DNA of 64,000 nucleotides from the NCBI GenBank assembly GCA_000004985.1, contig GG738845.1; one strand, given 5' to 3'. The position numbers and the translations under genes are program-made. This DNA is from Naegleria gruberi. Taxonomy: Eukaryota. The notes beneath the pieces are model-generated. The model was not told where the DNA came from. It saw only the letters and a list, made by a program, of their open reading frames with translations, and did no database searches. Below, in pieces: positions 48,101 to 59,335 of this stretch. How positions within the stretch are numbered: position 1 is the first letter of the stretch; each line of letters begins with the position of its first letter.

Positions 48101-49778
48101 TTAATGGTTTATCCTCGGTTATGCCTAATTCTAGCGTTAGAGAATGTAAACTATCTTTTGGATAGAATGGAACTATAGATCTGAATAATAAGTTCGAATT
48201 TAACTGTAATCTAGTTGTAGAGGTAAATAAAAACTGCTCCACATATGAGCCAATATTTTTTGAATTACTATAAACATTTCCGTAAAACTTAGATACTCCA
48301 CTAGATAATTGTGAATGTAATGTACGGGCAAAACACCAAGCAGAAGGTTGACAAGAATCACTCAATAAAGAACCATAGGCAATAGTATATGAAATATTTG
48401 CATTTTCTTCCAAGTTAGATGTGTAATCTCTAATTGACCAAATACCCCATACAGTACCATTATATAAAGAATAGCTAATAAGATTGGAAAATAAGTTCTT
48501 TCTTTCCCGCTCTACTGAGAAAATATCTTTTGGAAGAAATTCTGAAGAAAAACACTTGACATTTTCAACTCCATTATATGTAATGTCAAATGAATTGTCT
48601 TCACTAAATGTCTGAAAACCAAATACTGTAAATTGTGTTCTATCATTTTGTGTGCCACTTGCAATAATTTGGAATGTTGAATCATCACTTTCTTTTGTTA
48701 TTTTTAGAGGAAGGGAACAAAAGTTAATATCATTAATTCCATCATTGTGAAGATTAATTTTCAAAAGTTTCAAATTATTTGCTGGAAGTATCTCTCTACC
48801 CAGTGAGACACTGGTGTCACTATCTTCTTTCCAAATAAGAAGGCTTCCATCCCTATGCAAAGAGGCAATAATGTTGAGTTGATTTTCATAAAGGCTTAGA
48901 TGTTGTACTGATACCGTAAGATTTTTGAAAACCTCTTTAAGATTCTTCTCAGAAGATTTGTTTGAAAACCAGTTCCAAGAAGATGAGGTTTCAAACAAAA
49001 AAGTGTTATGAATAAAATTTGATCCATCTCTAATAATTCTTAAAAGATTGCCATTAGCTAGACCCACAATAACTGCTTGTGAATCAATTGCACAAAGACA
49101 AGTTGGAAAATGTTCAGAATAAGTCTTGAAAAACTCCATATTATTGCTATCCTGAGATCCGCTTCCAAATAATCCGTTAAAGATAGATTTTTGTTGTAAT
49201 CTATTGTAGGTTCCTTCAATTTCTTGGTCTGAAGTACCAATATTAAATGAGTCAACTTGAAGATTGTTTTCTGTAATTCCTTCAATAAAACTCTTCTCTT
49301 TCTTGTTGATGCTCAAACAAAATAATGTTCTGTTAGAAGATAAAAGCCAAATTACTATTCCTCTTGAAGTTTGCTTGATGGATGTACCTGGCAGAAAAAT
49401 CGAATTTTCGGGTGATTTGATGACTAAAGTTTTGGTACATGAAGTGGCTTTAAAATCTAGTTCATGTAATACAAGATCTCCACCAATGGTTTGCCTATTT
49501 TGTGTCTATATAGAAGTCTATTTAAATACTTACCAAACCAAATTTTTCTCTAAATTATTATCCACAAACGAGAAACTTCCAGAATCACATTGCACACCAA
49601 CATTATCATGAAAATGAGCAGATTTGAGCATATTTTCATAATAATAAGAATTAACCATGTTGTTAGCTCGTTCACTATATTCTTGTAGGTATAATATTTG
49701 TTTGTTATTGTCGGCACTTTGATGGCCAAAGGCAAGATGACTTGCGGTTGGTAGAAAGAGTGGCACTTCCGCAAACAT
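45123..49778 (-). CDS. Very large (about 1538 aa) N-terminal beta-propeller plus C-terminal alpha-solenoid/TPR-like protein, possibly a Nup120/Nup160-type nucleoporin. Two exons: 49778..49534 and 49494..45123.
   Basis: A 39-nt GTAAGT…AG intron joins MFAEVPLFLP…EKNLV-W-QTIGGDLVLHELDF…SINKKEKSFIEG… in frame. Secondary-structure pattern (beta-rich N-half, helical repeat C-half) inferred from composition only. The family call is a guess. Confidence 0.5.
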
Positions 49779-49979
49779 TTTTCTATTTTTTTAAAACAAA
49801 CAAATAAACAAGATTATTCCCAGCGTGATTGGTGTTTAATAATTTACACTTGCCATCTCTTCAAGTTATTTATTACATGCTGACAGCATATTAGCACATT
49901 CAAGATTAATTTATTAAACCTACTAATAAAGATTCTCAAGATTTTGTGAGTGTGGATACACCAACTATTAACAAAAAAA

Positions 49980-52900
49980 ATGCAGGCATCCCCGAAAGCA
50001 GCAAAGGAACGAATTAAGGTGTTTGCAAGATGTAGACCAGTAATCGAAGAAGAAAAAAAAGGGAATGATTGTAAATCTTGTGTAGAAATAAAAGGAAATG
50101 AAATTAAAGTGAGCAGACCTAATCATCAGCCTAAAACATTTTCTTTTGACGGAATTTTTGGACCAGATTCAACCCAGGAGCAAGTTTTTAAAACTGTGTC
50201 CTTGGATGCAATTGAGGTTAGTGTGATGTTTTTGGACGTTCTAACAAGAAAAGGACGTTTTTAATGGTTATCACTCTACAATATTTGTGTATGGACAAAC
50301 CGGTACTGGCAAGGTATGTAGTAACACTGATTGAAGACTTATTTATTTAATCATACCAGACAGTAAGTTTTAGAATTATTCCAGCCATTCCTATTCTTTC
50401 CAGCATACTCTTAGCAATATTGATGATTCACAACCAGAGGAACATGGTTTAGTACCAAGATGTGTACAAGAAATATATAGACGAATTGATAGTGATATCA
50501 ACAATGAATACCGTGTCAGAATGAACTATCTTCAAATTTATATGGAAACACTGCAGGACTTGCTGCAGCCTGACCACAAAAATCTGCAAATTAGAGAAGA
50601 TCCAGAACTTGGTATTTATGTATCAGGAATTTGTTTTAGAGATATCAAAAATTATGAAGAATGTATTAAATATTATAGAGAAGGCGATGTAAATAGAGTA
50701 ACAGCACTAACAAAAATGGTAAGTTTGGCTGGAATATGTATTAACAAGTTTAGAATGCGTCCTCGAGTAGAAGTCACTCTTGTTTAATAATTAATATACA
50801 AAAGTCCAGTAAGTTGAATGGAAGAGAAGAATTGGAGGGATTGGAAAAAAAGAAGGTTACAACTGCAAATTTATTTCTTGTTGATCTAGCTGGAAGCGAA
50901 AGATTGAAAAAAACAGAAGCTGAGGGTATAAGAAAAAAAGAAGCCAACTATATAAATCTTTCACTGACAACTCTTGGAATTGTGATTCATAGTCTTGAGG
51001 CAAATCATATTCACATTCCCTTCAGAGATTCAAAATTGACAAGATTATTACAGGACTCACTTGGGGGAAATGGAAAAACAAGAATAGTTATAACAATAAG
51101 TCCAAGTATTATCAACAGCCAAGAAACTATTGGAAGTTTAATGTTTGGTGAAAGAGCCATGAATGTGAAAACAGTTGCAAAGGTCAATGAGGCTGTGGAC
51201 TATCGAGCATTATATCTTAAGACAAAAGCTCAATTAGATTCATTAGAAGAAAAATACTCTGAACTTGAGGAAGACTACTTGGATATTACAAATGAAAATG
51301 ATAAAATGGATATTGAGATTGATTCCCTGCTAGAGGAAAATAAGAAACTTGTTAAAGAAAAAAAGATTTTGGAGAAAGAAAAAGAAAAGGAGAAGGAGAA
51401 AATCGTTTCTTTGATGAAGGGGGATCTTTTGGATTTGGAGAATCAACATGAGAAAGATATTGCAGAACTGAATGACAGACTTCTTTCTGTTTCGAAAGAG
51501 TATGAAAATGATTTTCAAAAGAAAGAGGAAAATTTAAAGAAAATACTTTTTGAAAAGGATAATGATATTGATAGGTTAGAACTATTAGTTCAAGAATTGA
51601 CAAGTGATAAAACATTTTTGGAGGCAGAATTCTCAACTAAAGACAAAGAAATTGAAAATTTAATTGCTTCAACACACCAAATGGAAAGAGATTTGGAAAC
51701 GGCCTCATATCTATGTATTAGAAGAGAAAATGAGCTGGAACAAGTTCAAGAATTAATTCAACAATTGGAAAAACAAATAACTACATATAGAGAAACAATT
51801 GGTAAAAACGTTGATGAAATTGAATTGTTGAAAAGAAAGATTCTTTTTAGTACTGAAGAAATGGAGAATGTGACAAGGTTGAAACAAGAAAGAGAAGCAG
51901 AATTGGAAAAAGAAAAAAGATTTAATAACCAACTTAAGGATGATATTGAATTGTTAAATAATCAAAATACCAAATTGGAGGAGAGACTTGAGTTTGAAGT
52001 GGCTGACAAGGCTCTCCAAAAAGAAATGTTTAGAGAGATTTCAGACAGAGAGTTGCTGAAAGAAAGAAAAATATTGGCAATTACTAAAGAACAGCATCAA
52101 GTTGAACTGGAACAAATGGAGGTAAATATTGAAAAGCTCACAAAAATGGTTAACGAAAAAAATGAAGAAATTGAGGAGAGAGGAATTGATATTGACAAGT
52201 TAAAATTGATGTTGTTCGAAGAACAAAGAGAAAGGGAAAACGACAAAATGGAACTACTGTTAGAACAGGAAAAACAAAGAACTGAAAAGGAGTCTATTCT
52301 TATTGAACTGCAATATTACAAAGACAAGATCGAGGAATTCACCTCCAAAGTTTTCAGCACACCTAATAACACAACTATTATTAATATAGTAGAAGAAACA
52401 AGTGACCCAAGTTCAGTTTTACAAACTCCTCCAACCCCAATGATAGAAAAAGTTCCAATTTTTGATTTTGGAAAAATAGTTAATGTTCAAACAAGTATTA
52501 TCAAACGACATGAACATCAATTTTTCTCTCTGATAATCAAAAACCTCATTTCAGAGCAACAAAGAGATAAGTTAGTTTTGGTAATTAACAAATTAACGAA
52601 AGAAAAAGAAGGATTACAAAAAGAGCTCCAAAAGATCGGATATCAATTAAAGGAATTGCATACTGATATTTCAGAGTTGTTTGCTAACTCTAGATTCCTC
52701 CATGATGACTTGAAATCAACATCAGAATTGTTTGGAACAAACCTCCATCAAACACTGTTCGAAAAGCAAGGTCATTCAAGGAGTTTTGATGTTATTAACG
52801 GAGAGCTAAAAGACTTAAAGTTCATCTCTAAAAAGTTTAGGGATGAAAGCCCAGATGAGGCAGCATTTGATGCCATAAACTATATGGTATGGGCTCTAGA

Positions 52901-54173
52901 ATATTCTCATCCTTATTCGTCATTGTCTGACAATCTTCTGGGAGAAGAAAATTCCAAAGAAATTATCAAATCTCTGCTTGAAGAAAGTGAGAAGCGGGTG
53001 AAGTCGTCCAGTAAAACCTCTGCCGAACACACTCTAGAAATTGACTGCATATGGAAGCATGTAAAGAATTCATTGGACTGTTTTTATGATTCGTCAACAG
53101 ATAATTACAAAACTGTATTGAAAGAACTGGACTGTGAAGAATACTACAAGTTATACAATAACTTTATCAGAAAGAAAAATGCAACAATTGAACTGGAGGA
53201 ATTAGCTGAACTGCCATATTCAATTTATGAAATACTATCCGATTCCAGAATCATGGTCTCTAAGACAAGAAATAATTGTTCAGAAAATTCTGACATGTTT
53301 AGATTAATGTCTTTCTGGTTCTCCATGAGTAGTAAATGTCTTAAAAAGGTTTTGAACAGAGAAGAAATCAATCACAAAGCAGGGGTGTATTTAATGCACG
53401 AGTTTATTCATCTCCTTCATACAGTTAGAAATGTTTTATATCTATTTGATTGTTCGGAAAGAGACGTTTTGATTTACAAATTGGCTCTTCATGGATGTGC
53501 TTCGAAATTATCTAAGTTTATTAACTCTAGTGAAGAAGTAAGAAGAGAAATGGAAGATAGAATCGCGTCATATGAAGAATTGAGAACAAGAACTGAGGCG
53601 GCACTTGTGATACAGAGATTTTACCGAAAGACAAAGAGAAGAATGCAAGAAGACTTTATTCGAAAGCAAAGAACCGAATTGATAGCCCAATCACAAGCTC
53701 AAATGGTAAAGATCAGAGAATTACAAAAATCCGAGTTGACCTTTAAAGCTAGCGTGGGAAAGCAAATTGCGGACACAGGAAGAGTTCTTATCAAACAAGG
53801 TGTATCTGAACTGGATCACATTTTCAATATTCTAAAGGCGTATTTTTTATATGGAGATGATGATGATACACCCTTAACACCCTCCTCTCCAAGAACAAAT
53901 ACCTCCAGAGCTAATAGTATTATTTCACCAAACTCGCCAGTATTAACGACACCAGAAAGAAATAGATCTGGAAGCCTTTCGCCCTCGCCACCAAATCCGT
54001 TAAGGGAAAATTTTGGGGGAAGACCAAAATCAACCGTTTCAAGAGCATACAGCAAAAGGTTCTCTGAGGTTGATGTGGCAGAAATTAATGACATTCTCTC
54101 CAATACTAAAGTTTCTCCAACAGCAAGAAAAGTCTTGGAAAAGTCTTTACCCCCAAACATGACAAAAAGGTAA
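49980..54173 (+). CDS. Kinesin-like protein with an N-terminal motor and a very long coiled-coil stalk/tail (about 1326 aa). Exons: 49980..50225, 50263..50322, 50413..50718, 50805..54173. The last intron is uncertain.
   Basis: Motor motifs IKVFARCRPV, FSFDGIFGPDSTQEQVF, GYHSTIFVYGQTGTGK|HTL, …LVDLAGSER (switch II), HIPFRDSKLTRLLQDSLGGN. The ORF-track starts at 49950 (GTG) and 50814 (TTG) are alternative codons. Confidence 0.7.
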
Positions 54174-54264
54174 AGCAACATAGAAAATAAGCTATGGAGG
54201 TTAAAACCATTTTCTGAATAAATAATAACATATCATTTATCATTTAAAAAATATTTCGCACCTC

Positions 54265-55656
54265 ATGAAGTTGCTTCTTGCTTACTTAATTATTTTTCTA
54301 GCAGTTGTTAGTAGAGTTATTGCTTCATCAGGTTGTATTCTCAACAGAGATGGTAACTGTGGGATGACATCAAATGCCGCTGGGGAATTGCTTCTATCTG
54401 TTGATCCAAAACAACAATTTAACACTTTTATTAAATCATCATCTGTGGGAAATAATGGGGAAGTTATCTGCAGTACCCCTAATAGTTTCATTTCCAATCC
54501 GTTATGTAAGGAAAGATGGTTTAGAAAAGCACAACACGATAAACAATTTGCCTCCAATTCCCTAAAACTGAGATGTAATATTGATGTTGTTAGGGGCGAT
54601 TGTCAAATTGGAAATTTGCATTTTCCTCCAGAAAATCAATATAAGTTCTATCATAATGATAATCAAGAAACTCATATCTGTTCATCAATCCAAGGCTACT
54701 ATTCAAATCAACTTTGTAAAGAAAAATGGTTTAGAAAATTAACATTATCCCAGCACTCACTTCTTCCTACTAGTGAAACAAGCATTCCATCCTCAATTGT
54801 TTCTCATGAGGTCAATAACATTATTGCTATCAGTTCAACTTCTCAAACCCCATCTGATGTAATTGATTTAGCGGCTTCAACTACGAACAATGTTGAACTC
54901 ACCAATGAACCTCATTTTAATACTGATCTCACTCACGACTATGATATAGTTACAGAGTTGGCAGAGGCTTTTGAGAACAATGATGAAGATGATGAGTTTG
55001 ATGAATTGGAAATTGATGACTCAGACGAAACAGATGTTGATGAAGGAACTGAACTTGTTGAGGAATTACAAAGTGAGGATTCAAACGAAACAGATATTTC
55101 AGAGGAAGAGATTCAAGAAAATGCTAATGACAACACTGGAGATGATTTTAATAATGAAGAAGAAATTGACAACAAAGAAACTTATATTGAAGAGGAAGCA
55201 GAATCCGTATTTGAAATTGATGAAGAGGACAATGTTGTCCACAATGCTGCCGATAAGCCAATCCCTTCTAATGAAATTACTAATTCTTATACCAAGGAAA
55301 TTGAAAAAACACTAAAAGAAATAATTCCCTACATCAAGAACAAACCAAAAATTGTAAATTCTGTACCATATATTCAATCCGCTACAAACGTTTCTGGCTC
55401 AATTGGTAAGGTAAACATCAAAACAGTAATTAACACTGGAAATATTAAAAATAATAGACATCACCACAAAAGGATTTCCAAAAAAAACCAAAGAAAGCTG
55501 CCACGTGTGGGACGCGAGAGAAATGAAGTGAATCAAATTACTAAAGCTGTGAAAGAAATTGAAGAAAATTTGAAATCAAGAAAATATATTGAATCCAGAA
55601 AAGAAGAATTGAAGAGGAGATTTAAAGAATTCCTTCTTAATTCACTCAGAGTTTAA
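54265..55656 (+). CDS. Secreted protein (463 aa) with a signal peptide, two Cys-containing CKE[RK]WFRK repeats, a Ser/Thr-rich linker, a highly acidic D/E block and a basic C-terminus.
   Basis: MKLLLAYLIIFLAVVSRVIASSGC… signal. Repeats …ICSTPNSFISNPLCKERWFRKAQ… and …ICSSIQGYYSNQLCKEKWFRKLT…. DEDDEFDELEIDDSDETDVDEGTE… then KNNRHHHKRISKKNQRK. Confidence 0.55.
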   Translation: MKLLLAYLIIFLAVVSRVIASSGCILNRDGNCGMTSNAAGELLLSVDPKQQFNTFIKSSSVGNNGEVICSTPNSFISNPLCKERWFRKAQHDKQFASNSLKLRCNIDVVRGDCQIGNLHFPPENQYKFYHNDNQETHICSSIQGYYSNQLCKEKWFRKLTLSQHSLLPTSETSIPSSIVSHEVNNIIAISSTSQTPSDVIDLAASTTNNVELTNEPHFNTDLTHDYDIVTELAEAFENNDEDDEFDELEIDDSDETDVDEGTELVEELQSEDSNETDISEEEIQENANDNTGDDFNNEEEIDNKETYIEEEAESVFEIDEEDNVVHNAADKPIPSNEITNSYTKEIEKTLKEIIPYIKNKPKIVNSVPYIQSATNVSGSIGKVNIKTVINTGNIKNNRHHHKRISKKNQRKLPRVGRERNEVNQITKAVKEIEENLKSRKYIESRKEELKRRFKEFLLNSLRV

Positions 55657-55700
55657 TAATATTTATTAAGAATAACTGTCACTCTAATTGAATAAATTCT

Positions 55701-56528
55701 TTATTTGGTAATCAAGTAAGGAGTATCTTTTGGAAGGTAGGTAATATTTTTTGCATTTGATAGTGTACTTGCAATTTCCTTACTAGCTTCAATTTTTCTC
55801 AATTCAATTAAACCAGAACCTGATTTGGTCATTGCATTAGATATCATTTGAGCAGCTATGGCTTCTCCTTCAGCCAAAATAATAGCTGCCTCCTTTTCGT
55901 ATTTTGATTTTTCAACAATAAAAGCTTGTCTTTCAGCTTCTTGCTCTGCTACTTGTTTCATTTCAACAGCTCTTGTAAATTCCTTACTAAAACTCAAGTC
56001 AGTAATTGAAACATCAACCAGATCAATATGGAATTTTTGTAATGCTCTTTCTCTGACCATTTTTTGTATTTCCTTTGAAATTTGTTCTCTTCTCTGTATA
56101 ATTTCTTCAGCCTTGTATCTAGCAATAACAGCCTTCATGACTTCATTTCCGACAGATGGTAAAATACGTTCATCATAATCTCCACCAAGATCTTTATAAA
56201 TAACTGGGAGTTTTTCGACAATAGGACGATGTAAAACTCTCAAAGTAATATTTACAGTTTGTAAATCTTTTGTTCCAGTCTTGGTTGTGATTTCTCTTGG
56301 ACGAACACGTACATCAAAAAAGATTGGTTTTTGGATGAACGGAATTTTAAAGTGGGTTCCTTCCCCAGCAACATAATCATCACGAATACCACCATTTACA
56401 TAGTCCATAAGAATAGCTCTCTCTCCTCCATCCACTGTGTACAAACAAGATAATCCCAATCCTAAAACTGCTGTTGAAGCAAAGGTAGCATATGTCATGC
56501 CTTTCAAAAGTTTGTCCAAAGCTTGCAT
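55701..56528 (-). CDS. PHB2: Prohibitin-2 (PHB domain, mitochondrial inner membrane), 275 aa.
   Basis: N-terminal TM, then DGGERAILMDYVNGG…FKIPFIQKPIFFDVRVRPREITTKTGTKDLQTVNITLRVL…QVAEQEAERQAFIVEKSKYEKEAAIILAEGEA. Collinear with PHB2. Confidence 0.9.
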   Translation of the reverse strand: MQALDKLLKGMTYATFASTAVLGLGLSCLYTVDGGERAILMDYVNGGIRDDYVAGEGTHFKIPFIQKPIFFDVRVRPREITTKTGTKDLQTVNITLRVLHRPIVEKLPVIYKDLGGDYDERILPSVGNEVMKAVIARYKAEEIIQRREQISKEIQKMVRERALQKFHIDLVDVSITDLSFSKEFTRAVEMKQVAEQEAERQAFIVEKSKYEKEAAIILAEGEAIAAQMISNAMTKSGSGLIELRKIEASKEIASTLSNAKNITYLPKDTPYLITK

Positions 56529-56599
56529 TTTCCGAGAATATTTTTTTAGAAAATTTTGATTGAATTTTCAATCAATAAATTATTTAATAAACCAATTGT

Positions 56600-57560
56600 T
56601 TATTGCAAATGAAATGGCAAGGTAATTGATTTTCCTTTGTAATTTTCTAAATTTTCTCCAGCAAAAGACACAAGAGGAGAAATTTCACACAATTCCTTCT
56701 TGCAATCTCCAATAATGTTTGCTCCTGCTCTTTCAAGGTACTTGGTGTGGAGCACGGATACATCCTTTCTACAGGTCTCTGGTGAATCACTATTGTTTTG
56801 ATTAGGAGCGTTTTTGAGAGGGGAAAATTCAGATTCTCTTTCTACTTGGAAAATTGTAATAGAGTTGGCAAATTCAACAATGTCAAAATTGAACAATTCA
56901 AGCTTTACACCTGCTTGTTTCTTCTTTTCTCCTGAATTGATATCAATAGATTCGATATCCTTCTTTGCAATGTGATAGAGTTTGTGTGTATTTAAAATTT
57001 GAGCACATTTTTCTAAAAAGTCCAAAGTATAGAAAAAGTTAACAATATTTCCAGCATTGAATGAAAGTTGTCCAGTTGTTTGATCAACACTTTCAGCCAT
57101 TTCCTTTGTAATTTCACTGTATTCCACAACATGGTATTTTCCATTTCTCAAAGCAAAAACGCCAACTTTTTCATGAGGCTCTCTTTTTGGAACAACCTTA
57201 GTTCCAAAATCTACACAATTCTTTACGCAATGTCCAACAAATTTTGGATCTCCAACCTTAACAAGTATGTTATCGACACAATATGAATGAATATATTTGA
57301 TTCCTCTCTCCTTCATATGATCTAACATTCCATATTTTGCCAAAGCCTGGTACACTCCTCCATTACCATTTGGTGCAGTAGCTATCAAATTTTTTTCTTG
57401 CAACATTAATTTTCCGTCCATAGAAAAGCATGGAAGAGTACCTTGTTGGAAGAATAAAATTTGGTCTTGACANNNNNNNNNNNNNNNNNNNNNNNNNNNN
57501 NNNNNNNNNNNNNNNNNNNNNNAGTTCAAAGAGCTCCTTTATGGATGTTTGTGATGACAT
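56600..57560 (-). CDS. UAP1: UDP-N-acetylglucosamine pyrophosphorylase (UAP1/QRI1), interrupted by a 50-N assembly gap.
   Basis: MSSQTSIKELFE… before the gap. After the gap: …GNGGVYQALAKYGMLDHMKERGIKYIHSYCVDNILVKVGDPKFVGHCV…VVPKREPHEKVGVFAL…VVEYSEI. The N-terminal catalytic part (L(X)2GXGTXM, DGQ motif) is missing because of the gap. Confidence 0.8.
57473..57522. other. Assembly gap (50 N) inside the UAP1 coding region.
   Basis: Run of exactly 50 'n' characters. This is a conventional scaffold-gap placeholder of unknown true size. Confidence 0.99.
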
Positions 57561-58107
57561 TTTTTTTTAAATATTAAATAATCCCACAAAATTCTTCCAG
57601 ATGGCTTGTGGGCAGTGTTTGATTTTGCTCCCAATTCAAATGGCTGCATGATGTCGTTTATTATTGGAAATTTAATTTGGAGAATGATCATCAAACAACA
57701 AATCCCAACACAATCAACTGCCAATAAGAAATCAACTTCAATTTCTATCTACTCCGTAAATAATATGACAACCTCTTTTATTAAATTACTAGAATATTCT
57801 GACAATAAGAAAAATACACTCAACCTTATTATGTCAAATTCAAAACTCATCCAATATCTAAACTCTAGTTCCAAACACAAGTACTTTGCTTCTCCAATAC
57901 TCTTTACTCCATCACAAACTACTTTAATTACCAAACATGCATCCCTTGTTAAAATCAAAACTCACACCAGTTTTGCTATTCATTAAAGGAAATACAAGAT
58001 CCACCAAGGAAAATTAAGATATTCAAAATTACTCATTATTTATACTCTACTTAAACTTTAATTATAAAACAGGCCACAAAAGACCATTAGACATTGAAAA
58101 AGCAATA

Positions 58108-58968
58108 CTAGACTTCCGGAAAAGTCAAAAAGAAATAAAAAGGCGCCTTTTTAAAAAAGTGGTTTGAAAAATGTTTGAGCAATTTTTGAAATTTGTTTGA
58201 GCATAATTCAAGAAATGTTTAAACCTTTCCTGCACATTTATTGAAGCTTTCTTTTTCCTGATGTCAACATTTTCTTTACTGCATTTGCTGAAGTTGAAAG
58301 GTTCCCTAATCTTGCTGATTCTATTGTTGATGGAACGGAAGATGTTGAGGAAGTGGAAGAAAATCTTAATGAAACACCATATTCTGAATTAAGCATAAAA
58401 CAGGAACAAGAAAAAAGTGTGAAACAATTAAAAATCCAGAAGAGGAAGATCTGATTTGAACATCACTCCACCCAGAAAGAGAAAAAACCTGAACCTTATC
58501 AAAAAGAAAACAATCATCAAATCATCATGCCAAGAAAAGTTGAGGAGCTCAAAAGACCAGAGCTTTCAAAAGATTTCGTGATTGATGTAAAAAAATCCAT
58601 CAAAACTACAGTGACCCGAGATGGTGACATTCAAAAACCTTGGATCTCTTAAGGAATTGGTGGATTTTTTGGAAAAGGATATAGTTAAGAAAGAGAGTGA
58701 GTTCAGAAGTTTGAGGGCCCTTGGGGTTTTTTCAGCAAATACTTGAACGTTTTGAGAGTTGAGAAGTAATTAATCATTCTTGAGGAATTGTTTGAAAACA
58801 GTTTGAAAGTTGCTCAAGATTTTCTTGAACAAACTTTGGATGTGTTTCAAGTAGTTTTTAGGTAAAAAAGGCACCTTTTAGGCACCTTTTAGGCGCCTTT
58901 TTGCAAATTAGCGTGAAAGTACCTTAAAAAAGTCGACTTTTAGCAAAACTTTTTCTGGAAGTCTACTA
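58108..58968. mobile_element. About 860-bp non-coding element bounded by long imperfect terminal inverted repeats (MITE/foldback-like relic). It contains the 'A' repeat.
   Basis: 58108-58230 (…gacttccggaaaagtc…aaaaaggcgccttttt…gtttgaaaaatgtttgagcaa…) is the reverse complement, with indels, of 58790-58968 (…ttgctcaagattttcttgaacaaac…aaaaaaggcacctttta ggcacctttta ggcgccttttt…ctggaagtctac). Only a 41-codon degenerate ORF lies inside. Confidence 0.4.
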
Positions 58969-59335
58969 AAGAAAAAAATGAAAAAAAGAAAGTCTATTAA
59001 AAAAGAGTTGTACTAAGAAATCAAAAAAAGAAAATCTGAGAATATTGGTTAACTATTAATTGATCTTGAGTTAATGATGATGATTAAATATAAATGTGTA
59101 CATTATTTGTCAAACCTGTTCCAGAAAACCTTAAGGCTTCATTCTTTTGAATTGTTTATACTTTATCAACTTGACAGAAAGTACAAAAAACATCAAAAAA
59201 AAAACATTTCTAAAACCATATAAGCTTTTTATTGTGATGCAATAAATTGTCTGTTGCTTTTTACGTCATTGTATTCTTAAAGTTGACCAATTATCTTCAA
59301 GCAGCTCAAGATTTCTCCTCAAACTGACTCAGACA

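Noticed and set aside
57606-57986. 126-codon ORF upstream of UAP1.
   Set aside because: Low-complexity sequence with no domain, and it lies at the edge of the repeat block. More likely promoter or 5' UTR, or a TE relic, than a gene.
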